Source: Lingula anatina (taxonomy: Eukaryota; Animalia; Brachiopoda). Taken from it: a stretch of DNA of 64,000 nucleotides. The stretch is from NCBI GenBank assembly GCA_051362555.1, contig CM120645.1:2294001-2358000 (forward strand), given 5' to 3'. A program made the translations under genes and the position numbers. Below the pieces are notes generated by a model that saw nothing but the letters and a program-made list of their open reading frames with translations, was not told where the DNA came from and made no database searches. Below, piece after piece: positions 40,670 to 50,905 of the stretch. Position 1 is the stretch's first letter; each line of letters starts with the position of its first letter.

Positions 40670-43600
40670 GAATATCTTCCGTTGCCAACAGAACAACAAC
40701 GTTGACTCTGGATACTCTGCAGACAGGCCACATTTTCCCATATTCAGTATTACTATAATTTAATGTCTGATTTTTTCAGGTTCGCCAGCAAAGTGACGAT
40801 GTTGACTCTGGATATTCTACGGGCAGTCCCCACTCCTCCATGTATAACTCTCTCACACAGGAGGAACTCCGCAGCAAGGTGGAGACATTCAACCTGAGCA
40901 ACCCTGGCCTGGCCATGACCATGGTAGGTGAAGATGAAGGGCACACAGTGAGCCGGAGACCGTTCAGATTCAGACAACATAGCAGCTGGGTCGATCCAAG
41001 TTTGTGGGAGATTTCGCAAAAGTGCAATCAATACACTAGTAATCAGCTCATTTGTCAGCTTGGGGGTAATTAACTTTTGAAAATTATTATGATTACATTG
41101 ATTGCACTTAAGTAAGAATCTCTGCAGAGTTGGGTCGACTTAGCTGGTACAATGTTGGAATCTGAATGCAACCTAAGCCCTTTTGAAAGACAGGAACTGA
41201 TTTTTTTCTGGAAAATTTGACACTTTTCCCGTTATAATTTTGGTGTACTGTCTGTATCAAAAATCATCCACAGGCTTGTGATCCACTAACCTGTTTTCAC
41301 ATTTTTGAGTCTTCAGTTCCTTTGTACTTACTCTTGTATAGGAAATAAAGACTGATAAATTCCATTTGTGATAGTAGAAATTAGAAAGACAGAACTAAAG
41401 AAAATAATAAAAAAAGATGTGTAGGTCAGAATTTGCTCAGCAGTTTTGTATGGGCTATACCATGGTGATAAAAGGGAGAATTACTGAAATTTCCTGGAAA
41501 ATGGATTTTTCTGCTCTGTAAAGGTCCCATGTGTCTTGTGTGACTTTGAGATAGGGATTCCCAATTGTTTTATTTTGGCTACATATTTAAGAAGGAGGGG
41601 TTTGGTAATGACTGAAAATTTTCAAAAACTTTATTCCAAAATGTAAATTTTATTAGTGATTTAGCATTGTACTTTCTGATGTCATTCCAACTGGCTCTTC
41701 AAAATATTAGAATCATTTTTGCTGGTATTTCTATTTTATCTATTTATTTATTTATTTATTTATTTATTTATTCAAAATATTATGCCAGAAAAAACTCTGA
41801 TAAGTCAGATTTCCACCAAGTCAAAATGCAAATGTAAGAATAAAATGCCAAGACATCTGAATTCAGTAAAAACCATAATTACTTTGGCTTCTTTACTTGA
41901 ATAAGTATCTATCCAGAGAATTCCATCAAAATCTTTAAAGAGCTTTTTGAGATATATCTCGGCCACAAACCAGTGACGATAAAAACATAATCTCCTTCCT
42001 AATGGCAGAGGTAAAAACAGCAAAATCTCTGCAGTAACATTCCATTATGAAGTAAAACACGCAATATTTTGTATGCTGAAGGAGTGAGTCATCACAATCC
42101 TTGCCTACCTTGAAGTTCATATGTATCCTGTAACATGATGTAAATGTGAAGTTTGCCATGTAACATGATGTAAATGTCAACTACTTACATGATAAAAATG
42201 CTTAGTATTCACATCAGTGATCTACTACCAAGTTTATGTTTTAGATTGCATTATTAGTGAGATAATTATGTCAGTTAAGACATTTGTCAGGTATTAAAAA
42301 TATTAATACCTGTTCAGGGGCGGATCCAGGATTGTTTTAAGGGGGGGGGTCTGTGGATGCAGCGCCAACCCTCACCCCCACCCCCCACCCCTTGGTGTGG
42401 GTTTCGGAGGCCGCTGAAGGGCCCCCAAAATTTTTGTGATCATTGTAAAATAATATATATTTTATGAAAATGTCAACGCATGATTACATCTTTAATCACC
42501 TTATCACCCTTTTGTTATTTTATTATTTATTGCGTTATTTTAACTTCCAGCCTGATGACAGTGACACATTCCAAGGTTTCATTCGAGTCAACATGAACTT
42601 GACGCGTCCAATCAGCATGTCCCTGGGCACAAGACCGCCATCTATCTACGAGGTTCTGACCAATGAGGCGCAGGGAGACACGTTGGACAGGAATACAATT
42701 ACGTCATTTTATCTCCCTAGGGATACAGTGAAAGCTTTATTTGTAAACAGGTATGACTGTAGACTGCACTGAGTTATGATTTGAGAGAGATAGAGAGTAG
42801 AGACAGAGAGAGGTGGGGGGATGTAAGTGGTCTTCCAACTGCAGACCCTGAGTCCCAAGTTTTACACTGTTCCCAACATGACCATCTTACCACCACTTGA
42901 TCCCTTTCCCTCCCTCCCCCCCCCCCCCCACCCCCATTGTGCCTCTATATGTACCTATGTGCCTGTGTGCATTTTCATATTTTTTAAGTTTGGAATACTG
43001 TAGCTTAAATCAAGTCTGTTAGTCTACTGTAATAATGTTCAGAAAAATGGAAGAGCAATAAATTAAACTTATTTTGCAATTGTTGTTTTGTAGATCTCAC
43101 TGAATGCAAATCCTTAGCAAACTGAAATTATAAAACAAAACCATTAAAGCACTCTAATTTTAGGAGTGTTTGTTAATGGTATTATTTATTCTAATATATC
43201 TATATGAATGTTTATAATGGTGACTGTTCAATTTTCTGTTTAGTGCCACCACAGTTCGACAAGTCATAGATGTTCTTTTAAGGAAGTTCAAAATCACAGA
43301 TAACCCCAGGAAGTTTGCCCTTTATGAGCAGAGTTACAATGATGAGAATAAGGAAAACCCTGGTGAGATTCATGGCCATAGGGTTTATTTTGTTGACTTG
43401 ATTTTTTTATTACTCAATATTGTTTAACATCAGAATAGGGAGTATATTTTGGAAATGAATATGATAAATGGAATTGATCAAATTCAGATGTTTTCTTCAT
43501 CAAAGTGTAAATCATTGAAGTAATTTAAAGGGGAAAACTTAAACAGCTTTTCGCCAAAGTACATTTCATGACTCAATTAATTACTACAACTGTATTAAAA

Positions 43601-46600
43601 AAAGCCTTATCTTTTTTGCTGTCAGTAGAACTTACCAAAAACACTAAGCTAAAAAAGGGCAGTGAAAATAAATTTTACATTAGTCTTTGATCAACAGGAC
43701 TATATTTTCATATTTTTAGTGAAACTAAGAAAACTTACAGACAACGAGCACCCCCTGATGGTGTGTCTCGACTGGCCATCTGCTCGCATGGAGCATCGCA
43801 AGTTTGTGCTTCAAGAGAACGACATGCAGGAGATACTTGTAAGTTATCATGTTAACCTTATCGTCAATGCATAGCCTTTGCAAAACTGTTGAGAAGTTAT
43901 GAAATTGCAGGATGCTTTTAAAGGACAATGTTCATGTAAAAATCCATTTCTCGAATTTTGAAGATTCAGCACTCAATCTATACACTAGAGGTATGTTTTA
44001 ATCGATCCCCGCCATTTAAAAATTATAAAAACAATCTATTAATAGTAAAAAAGCGTTTTAGTAAACCTCACCTCAATATGCATAAATGAAGCAACAGATC
44101 TGGGTCACGTGGTACTGTGACGACAATTGGGATAAAGGTCTATGAGACTCAACTGAGCTGCATGTGCAAACAGACAGAATGATTTTGGAAAGTTGTGTTG
44201 AACGGAGTTGAGCAATTTTCTTTATGCCTCAGCGTGTTGCCGTGGGATTCACCAAAATTGCAGCACTCCTTGACTATCTTTCTTTATCTGTGACGGTCTT
44301 CCGTGACTAACTTGCTACCTTTGGTGACAATAGTTGCGATCCTCGCGATCTCGGTCACCTCATGTTAGATCATATCAAAAGCTGATAGTCTTTTAGATAC
44401 TGCCATCAGCTGGCAACCTTACTAATTGCTGATGCATTTTTAAATTCATTGTAGTTGACCAAGAGCTCGTTAACAATAAAACCTGTTAATTATGCACCGC
44501 TGCAATTCCCAAGCCAGGTAATAACAGGTATGAAACTCGTCTTGGTGGGCTTTCATATTTTTCAATATATCTCATTTATTTCATGGGGTTATTTTATTGG
44601 TATTTGTAAATATTGGAGGTAATACCCACATATTTTACAAGCTCTTGATAAAAAGAAAAACAAGAATTTAAATTAAACAATTAAGTTCTAACACGGTCGC
44701 GAACATTAATAAAAGAAATTGCTCTCAGGGTATCTTAAAGCTTCCGTGGAAGAAAACGTGTTGAGGAAAAACAGGAAAAAGAGCATTATATTAAAGAAAA
44801 AATGGGAACTGCTGTAATAAAATGGTTCGTTATCCTAATTCGTTTATGCATTGAGGATTTGTTTCTGAAGATTATTTCATCTGAAATATTAAATAATTTA
44901 AAAGATTGATCATTTAATAACTTGGAACGCAAATTCTGCGTCAGTACGCAATTTTTTTTTTCAAATTTGTAAGCTTATAACACCGTGCTATAAAGATCTA
45001 CTCAAGAAAAAAAATTTGCTTGGGTAAAATTGAGTACGGAATGAACTGGAGACACTTGGCTTGTCATTAAGTTTACACGAAAATATGTCAGGTAACTTTA
45101 TACTGTCTTTGAAAGAGTAAAGATTGAAAGATAATTTTAGACAAACTTTGACGGAGGAAATACCTACAAAGAGTAATGGGCTATTTCGCCAACATCTTGT
45201 TGAACATTTTACACTGCAATTCTATTTAAATAAGCTAAGGAAGTAATTGCCAAATTTATACTCTCATCACATAACAGGGGGGTAACTAGACCTGCAAAAA
45301 TTGTACGCACATATTTTAAAAAATTACAAGCACATACAGCAAAATGTAGACTTACGCAAAACATGAAGGACAGCGTAATCACAGCAAATGTACCTTATAT
45401 AGTAGCTTAATTTCCATTAATAATAAAATCATCATTTAAGTCAAAAATATTCTCGCGATTTAATAACTATTCTAATTTACCCAGAACGGTATATTTATTT
45501 TAAAGGCGGTTAACTGAAATATAGTTTATGATTTGTGTGTGAAAATTGCCCATGTCACCCTGTTAGTTTGGAGGTCTAAGCTGGATCAAGTTCGTGTTAA
45601 AATTCCTATGAAGTTGTGCAGGAAAATTTCTTCCTTTCTTTCTCTAGCTCCTCGATAAACCTGGTGTTCAGATTTTATCTAGTACCCCCAGGCCTACGGG
45701 AGCTGCTCTTTGTAACTAACGCACAGGTAGATTTTTACCTGAGATACATGTAACTGGAGTAAAGATAGAGAGTACGTTCAATACAAGCAAGACAAATTGA
45801 ATGCCATTTAACCCTCTAATTAAGAGGTAAAGGAAGTTCCAGTTAGATGGATGATTAAAATAGGACTTGTAAAAGTAACGGGCATTGTTTACCTCAGTTT
45901 AATAAAAGTATGCAAGACGGAGTGTCAGCGGTTTAATAAAATAAATTGAATTTCACAAATAACATGGACCTCGTATGCAATAATCAACATTTCAAATGCA
46001 GTGTTTTATACAACTTGGGATAACCATGATTAAATGCTTGTTAAAGAATTGACTAGACGGGAAATGGTTTTACACAGCTTCACGAGGATTTAGACCCCTC
46101 GGGTAAGAGACTTGAATGAGTATAAACTTTTATCAGAAGCCAGAGAAGTCATCTTACAGGTAGACAATGCAGCTCAGTTTAACAGCTAAGCACGCTCTAT
46201 TCTCCAGTGGCTCGATTGTCGTCATCAGACCACGTGACAACGTAGCTCATTAACTCTCAGGCCGAGCAAATAGGACGTTTTTTAAAGCCAAAAATTTACA
46301 AAATGAGCTTTTAATTTGTGTATTTGGATAAAGATATCGTTAGTTGGGCATGTTTTCTGAAGAATATGTTCCGTTCAGGCCATTCTGACGGCATGAAGCA
46401 AATCCTTTAAAATTAGATAGTACTCCAAGAATACAGACTTCCGCCATGGAAATATAGCAGTGCTAATTCTTGGTAATTATTTTTTCATCAGCTAATCACT
46501 CCTGTACAGTACTAAATGTCAGATTTTCACTTTGTTTCAGTGGGAAGAATTCAGCCTACCAGAACTTCAGAATTTTCTCAAAATTCTCGACAAGGAGGAA

Positions 46601-46729
46601 CAGGAATATATCCAAGACATTAAGTACAAATTTAAAGTACGGAAAATTCACATGCAAGAGCTTTTAACAGAAAAGAACCCCAACCAGGAAAAGGGAGAAA
46701 AGAAAGGATCTAAAAACAAAGCTGAATAG
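7146..46729 (+). CDS. RASSF1/5-like: RASSF1/RASSF5-family Ras-association tumour-suppressor homologue, long C1-RA-SARAH isoform: join(7146..7602,34582..34718,40780..40923,42551..42750,43244..43362,43720..43838,46541..46729), about 454 aa
   Basis: All introns are GT-AG with matching phases (1,0,0,2,1,0). The spliced product has a C1 domain HNF...WCDQC...CLQCQ|YCNYTCHHRCRPLVSIDC, an RA domain FQGFIRV...TSFYLP...VIDVLLRKFKITDNPRKFALYE...LRKLTDNEHPL...FVLQEN, and a SARAH domain WEEFSLPELQNFLKILDKEE. These match RASSF1A/NORE1A motifs as I recall them. The exon-2 donor is uncertain (34703, 34718 or 34727). Confidence 0.93.
12572..12609. repeat. (TG)n microsatellite (another at about 40635-40667)
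   Basis: Directly visible. Confidence 0.95.
14988..16718 (+). CDS. Intronic 576-aa Lys/Glu/Ser/Thr-rich, probably disordered ORF (nested gene or alternative RASSF 5' exon); function unknown
   Basis: 1.7-kb uninterrupted ORF in AT-rich intron DNA, purine-rich coding-like composition, ATG context aatcATGa with in-frame stops just upstream, acceptor-like ttttcag ending at 14969. No domain recognised. Confidence 0.75.
   Translation: MNISVSLGGGRPGGNRTSLAKQLLQERKGDSSFEFRSKGTSALGRHHRTKLQDGALDFDDWDVGTSRNRRNVGSFFEYLDDSAKSKSEDSRKHVSEVDYSSRSSKNKSGLREFDVDTDDMFASKTKSFLNRSGKKHFDDDDDDDLRGRGSKLHRLRSRENAAYEDEIDSKNKNLSERKRGDLAERNEGGGIVSSSKSEKKTVKKSSKSENVQRTITKDGKTTTTKEESHDSNEVKEERSDVKQFREPGSKALAVGGSAEEKSTSIVKREEKKEGKKLTEEESKGKDGRTLSKLSKLDTTKDLNQEEKKLELSTTKSFDAQTGDSATKTKKAETTTSKIAEGKKSETTKMERGADGEIIKTKGAEVTGNVKEKKHKVTDVDVEEKDASGKVAARRKAHLEAEVGQEFGGTKSKEEKNRYAIDEAGRSIKTTETKEGKSKTRKEHDKMQMQLNEEIETEDGTLKLETKEGSQGGKETTRGYSKSNIKSTPVSEAIDSVKRTVFSPNVGAGDAQDAIEAGSPARRVRQRARPAPLTKANVEAANGDVKGAKTPTTPSATSDYGTMDSSMAESMRSRDKK
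19013..19096. repeat. Short dispersed repeat (TTTGGTCT-n-TTTAGACCA core), related copies near 1040-1100 and 5600-5670
   Basis: Shared motif TTTGRTCT...AxTTTAGACCA...CTAAAGT in three places; probably MITE remnants. Confidence 0.5.
20480..22494 (+). mobile_element. Helentron-associated non-autonomous element (HINE/DINE-1/pearl-like)
   Basis: 5' palindrome ATGTACAGACAC-agat-GTGTCTGTACAT (20484-20511), (GTCGCC)n microsatellite, internal repeats of about 165 bp and 310 bp, 3' TGTCTGTACAT (22462-22472) followed by short hairpin GACAGC-ttt-GCTGCC and TTGTT, T-rich insertion site. Confidence 0.75.
25074..25952 (+). CDS. Intronic 292-aa ORF (Ser/Asp/Lys/Phe-rich, C-terminal CxxC motifs); probable alternative first coding exon 25074..25935
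   Basis: Strong Kozak caccATGg, GC-richer than flanks, CPSC...CDHC near the end, and a consensus donor A|GTAAGT at 25936 in phase 1. Confidence 0.75.
   Translation: MAQNPQPKKRIIMRIRSQGSRELPPQPPGSPSGGSPKMGAKNLQQKFAKVNFGTKNPKLSDFEKCFNEFTDEFKHYHGSTDEESEEHKGKRPPLQRSDHDTDSKGQGHPEDQSFGEGEPCGKKFQDIFSPFDAECDPFGMQHEFDKKSRPHLRRTRSRDKSKSAFSDSFFSSPKMEDIFGESSSSSRRKKKPSFFEEFETMSSAIMEEFFSDKPPGERWKTCAEKFGDLNLDSDDSDDDKFFSHSSFLGKRDKKDKKQSKSCPSCGQKKRSKQTPATCDHCDSACDDSKSFS
27490..27548. repeat. (TA)n microsatellite
   Basis: Directly visible. Confidence 0.95.
28173..28374. repeat. Imperfect CpG-rich palindromic element
   Basis: TTCTCA...TTAGATCGATCTA at left mirrors TAGGTCGATCTAATCTATGAGAA at right; inner CTGTCAG/CTGACAG and CCCCTTAA/TTAAGGGG pairs. 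Confidence 0.6.
28923..29088 (+). mobile_element. MITE family A copy 3 (5-bp TSD GAAAG)
   Basis: CAGGGGCAGAT...GGATCCACCCCTG, same interior, GAAAG on both flanks. Confidence 0.88.
32604..32855 (+). mobile_element. Degenerate family-B-like MITE
   Basis: CATGCCCATAGCCAGGGGGG left end and internal GTCCACTTTTCAGG motif as in the 58489 copy; right end eroded. Confidence 0.45.
34582..34718 (+). CDS. RASSF1/5-like: RASSF exon completing the C1 domain
   Basis: Acceptor ttctttacag ends at 34581; encodes (Y)CNYTCHHRCRPLVSIDCPHE...; three in-frame candidate donors start at 34704, 34719 and 34728. Confidence 0.88.
37613..37702 (+). CDS. RASSF1/5-like: Putative RASSF1C/NORE1B-type alternative first exon (C1-less short isoform)
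   Basis: atcATGg start, exactly 30 codons (MDAGAMTWPEYGQRVNLAEESKESAVGALK), donor AAG|GTGAGA in phase 0 matching the exon at 40780, positioned between the C1 exon and the first common exon. Confidence 0.62.
40780..40923 (+). CDS. RASSF1/5-like: RASSF first common exon (linker, DSGYST motif, TQ site)
   Basis: Acceptor ttttttcag; VRQQSDDVDSGYSTGSPHSSMYNSLTQEELRSKVETFNLSNPGLAMTM; donor GTAGGT, phase 0/0. Confidence 0.9.
42315..42480 (+). mobile_element. Truncated end of a related CAGGGGCGGATCCAG DNA element
   Basis: Starts with the same terminal 15-mer as the 4711 copy but has a different GC-rich interior and no matching right end. Confidence 0.55.
42551..42750 (+). CDS. RASSF1/5-like: RASSF exon, start of RA region
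   Basis: Acceptor cttccag; PDDSDTFQGFIRVNMNLTRPISM...TSFYLPRDTVKALFVN; donor AG|GTATGA (phase 2). Confidence 0.93.
43244..43362 (+). CDS. RASSF1/5-like: RASSF RA-domain exon (absent from the ORF track)
   Basis: Acceptor ttttctgtttag; (S)ATTVRQVIDVLLRKFKITDNPRKFALYEQSYNDENKENP; donor G|GTGAGA (phase 1). Confidence 0.93.
43720..43838 (+). CDS. RASSF1/5-like: RASSF exon, end of RA domain
   Basis: Acceptor tatttttag; (V)KLRKLTDNEHPLMVCLDWPSARMEHRKFVLQENDMQEIL; donor GTAAGT (phase 0). Confidence 0.93.
43922..46406. mobile_element. Kolobok-like DNA transposon (non-autonomous or decayed), TTAA TSD, in the last RASSF intron
   Basis: TTAA|AGGACAATGTTCATG ... CATGAAGCAAATCCT|TTAA; subterminal inverted motif GTCACGTGGTACTGTGACGACAAT (about 44105) versus ATTGTCGTCATCAGACCACGTGAC (about 46215); CpG-richer than the host intron. 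Confidence 0.75.
46541..46729 (+). CDS. RASSF1/5-like: RASSF last coding exon, SARAH domain
   Basis: Acceptor tttgtttcag; WEEFSLPELQNFLKILDKEEQEYIQDIKYKF... ending in TAG. Confidence 0.94.
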   Translation, partial: WEEFSLPELQNFLKILDKEEQEYIQDIKYKFKVRKIHMQELLTEKNPNQEKGEKKGSKNKAE

Positions 46730-49700
46730 AGGAGAAACTGTCCATCTTTTATTATTGTGGCATTGTTATGTACTGTTATATATATATTTCATCGAAAAAA
46801 TTGCTCGAAATCTATTATAAAATGTTGAAATTTGATCATGCTCCCATAAAAAATGTGTTTGGACAGCTGACAGCAATTGTTAAATGATACGCAGGTCTAG
46901 AGCAAAGTTCAGGGACATGATTTCTTGTTGACTTCTGTAAGGGAGTGACAGACACAGCAGGTGGCTCTTATTAAGTCAAATTATACTGCGTTTTACATGC
47001 AAATGTACTATGGATGTCAGTGAAAAAGGCAATCCCTTTTCTTGTCAGTGAATCTTGGAGTTGTTGAGAGTTTTTTTGATAGATACAGGATGATCAAGAG
47101 TGGAAATTTTCCTCCTCTAGGAGAACTTCCTTCTTTCCTTTGGTGTGGAACACTGGGTTGAGAAAGATGTTGGACTTTCTTTGAAATGTTCAGAAGCAGT
47201 GCATTTGAAAGAGAGAGAGAAAGTGAGAATATTTTTCCCCAGCAAACTTAGTGTAATAATGCTAGAGCAATCAACCCATGACAAGAAAGGATAGATATAT
47301 GGAAGTGTAACTTCCACCCATGTGAGACACATGAGGGGATATTGCATGGCATAATAGTAGAGGATAGTTTGAATACTGACCACCAGAGGGATGAGTGTAG
47401 TGCAGAGTTAAACTTTATTTTTCTATGGAGAGGGGTTCTAGCATGTGAAGGTTTCTTTGTCAAACTGAACTTGTCCATGACAGAGGAAGAAAGTTATTGG
47501 GGGTAATGTACAGATATATGGACTGTGACTGGAAATAAACAAGACAGTGAGGGGATCCAAAAAAAAGAGGAAAAGGAGAGAACGTGTGCACAGTGGGACG
47601 TGCTAAGGCTATAGGACAGTGCAGTAGTGTGTCATCGTGTGTGAACATGAAGTTATTTGATGTGACAACTTTGTAGGAACCGGGTATTCTGCGTAAATAT
47701 TCACAGAAAATTGCAGTGACATTTGCTTAGCGTGGAACTTCCCCAAAATCACAATGAAAGTTGTAAATGACAAGAACCAAATAAGACAAAAGAGCTAAAC
47801 TAGTTGATTTATTGTTGTACCTGCAGAACTTTAATTCACACAATCATTGTATAAGTGAAGTTTTATGAAGTGGTATTATATGTCATTATTAAGCATTTCA
47901 CTGCCAGTCTACAGTATATACTAGTATATATATAACAACAGGGTGTTCCCAAAGTAAAGCACAAGCTCCTACACTGTATCTTCTTTTAATTCTGTATGTT
48001 TGCCTGTGTTCCAACACAAACTTTGATTCAGAGAGGTGTCCTTAATACAACCAGGGGATAGAGCTATCAGCTTGTGAGAGTTATGAATGCTGGATTAACC
48101 CTTGTCACAGGGGTAAAGAATAAGTCTTCTTTTGTAGCTTTGTGGCACCACTGTATTATACAAGATACTGGGACAATATAATATATGTGGCAGTGTATTA
48201 TACTTGTATAAGGTACAACTGAGGGGAATTTTACAAAGGTTTTTAAGTCTTGGAGTATTAATAGCACAAAACCCTGGTTCCCATTTTGTAAAGTACAGAA
48301 AAACTTAATGTGATAAGTTCAGAAAGGGGGTTGAAAAGGTAGGTAAAAGTATATGCAAAGTTTGTTCTGTCTGCATGAGAGTTTGGGACTATGGCTAATT
48401 TCAGTCTATTTTTTTCACAAGATGCTCCAATTCCCATTAAAATTCCCTTCTCGTTGTACCAGAACTGTTGGCATATTTCATACAAAAAGTGGAAATCCAG
48501 TTAATGATTTCTGGAAAAAAGGCCTGTAAATTTCCATGCATAACAGTAAAGTGGGAATACCTAAGCATTATGAATGGAATGCATTTGGTATTTTTAACCT
48601 ACATTTTGGAATAACCCTTGTGAAGGCTTCACAACTACAGCATTGTGAAGGTCACATAATGTGAATATCCATGTCACACCTACTGCAATTGTATGTACTC
48701 CTGTTGCATATGTAGCCTAAAGTCAACACAATACACACGTTTAAGTGTTAAAACATTAAAATGTTGTACCATCAAATATAGCAGGCAACTGGCACACTCC
48801 CCCCTTGCCCCCCTTTCCTCTTTCAATACTGTCAAGTTATTAACTAGTTCAGTGTTATGAGTCCATATATATATATGTAGCATTACTCTCTGTCAGACTA
48901 GCGTGATGCTATTACTTTTGGGGGAAAAGTTCTCACTGGATTACAAGATCAGACATGTGCATAGCTAGTGAATAAGCCAGATAAATATCTGTGAATATCT
49001 TTCAAAAATAGCTAGAAATTTAGATGCCAAAGATGAAGTTCATTTTAATATTATGAAGTATACGTATGAACACATATTGAACGTACTCATATTTTAAGTC
49101 TGAAGAATGGAACACTTTGATGTTAAGCCCAGACACTTGGATCTGAGGTGTCAATTAGAAAATAATGATGGGAGATACAGAGACAAGTTTTTCCCTTATT
49201 TTTGGTGCTGTAAACATGCCAAGCATAGATCATCTTTTTTTATGTTGGAAAAAAAGTTAATTTATTTCAGTTTTTACTGCCAAAAGTGCAGTTAAAGATG
49301 CGTATTCTTCAAGCAGCCTGATCTGTGTCAGTTTGATTTCATTTTTAAATGAAAAATATTATTTATCGAGTTCTGTTTTTATTCCTGTTGTAGTAGTCAT
49401 TATATTAAATGGATCTCTCTGTGAAAGTTGGTATTTCATAAAAGGAGTATTTCAAGTTGAGGACACGTAAAGTTGTGTGAGACTAGCTCTTTCTGTATAT
49501 TAGTACAGGAAAAAAAAAAAACAGAATGGCCCCATGGATGATATTTCAACTGAAAAAAATCAATAAAGTATCATATTGGATAATGGCATCAGTAAGCTTA
49601 TTTACATATTGTAAGGCTGAATGTTCAGTATTGTCGTGTTGGCATATGAAAACTGTAAAATGCAGAACTAATGGCCATTTCACAATAATGACTTTATGAA

Positions 49701-50050
49701 AGGCAAATATTGTAAATAAGAATTACAAAAGATATTCAGCAAGAAAATCTATCTCTGACTTTACCTAATATATACAAGTGTGTACATTCTGATTCACCAA
49801 ATGTCTCCATCTGTACTCTCTCTATATATTTCTTAAAACTTCTGTTCATCTATTTATTTTGTATTTGTTGTGTTGAGTTTTGGAATCGAACAAATAATTT
49901 AAAAAAGATTCAGGATTTTTTTTTTCTCGAACACTGTGTGGCTCCACCCGATGGATTCCTTTTCAGGAAAATATTTTACTTAAATTTGTGTCTTTTATCA
50001 TCTGTAAAATGAGCACAGTTTCTTTAAAATAAATGGTATGTTATCAAAAT
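46730..50050 (+). other. Probable long RASSF 3' UTR
   Basis: No coding signal after the stop; AATAAA at 49562 and 50028; base composition shifts shortly after 50.3 kb. Confidence 0.45.
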
Positions 50051-50850
50051 GTGATCACTGGCACTCGCTGGTTATATGATTTTTATTCTTTTTCAATAGA
50101 AAGGACAAGAAAAATGCACTGCTAACACAAAATTGAACATGATGGAAAGTTTGACTTTGGTTGATTGACTGAAGTGTGAAATATACTTGAATATTTACTC
50201 CTTTCAACATATTATTTAATTTGTTATAGTAATAATTCTTAGAGAAGCACAAAAATAAGTGACAATAATAAGAAAAAAATGAAATAAAAATAGGAAGAAT
50301 TTGATTTCTATGAAAGTTTCATAAATTGTACACTTCAATTGAACATAAATTTTCTAATATACCGGTATTATAAAACCAGTAAATAATTTATAAGCTGCAC
50401 CTTTCCAACAAATAAAAAGAACAAAAATCTTGAAATTGTGTTAGGTGCGACTTCAAGCGCTTCACCTAGTTTGTCACAACTAGCACAATTTGACCCGTTT
50501 GTTACTACATGTTCCATCCATCGTTCAAATGTTAGTGAACAGTTTATACAAAAAAAATCTTGACTTAAATATGATTAAATATGATCTCTCTCTTTATCTT
50601 TACACGTCAGGTAGACAAATGTTTGTGATTTTAAAGAGTTTATTTTCGGAATCACTAACAGGATTCAGAACATAATCAAAGATGTCTTTGCCTATGAAAT
50701 AGTGCCAAGATGCATATTGTGTTAGTTGTGACGGTAAATATTTCGCTCGATCTGTCTCAACTATCGCATTTTGGCCAGGCATATACGCCGTATTTTAATT
50801 AAATTAAATGTTATTTGAATATTGATGAAATCATCATTATTAATAAATTG

Positions 50851-50852
<2 letters not shown>

Positions 50853-50904
<52 letters not shown>
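50853..50904. repeat. (ATT)n microsatellite (another at about 52784-52828)
   Basis: Directly visible. Confidence 0.95.

Positions 50905-50905
<1 letters not shown>

Noticed and set aside
40924-41073. Continuation of the 77-aa ORF beyond LAMTM
   Set aside because: Read-through past the GTAGGT donor; RASSF similarity resumes at 42551.
42129-42180. 30-bp tandem duplication TGTAACATGATGTAAATGT (similar small duplication near 29238-29290)
   Set aside because: Ordinary local slippage duplications with no further structure.
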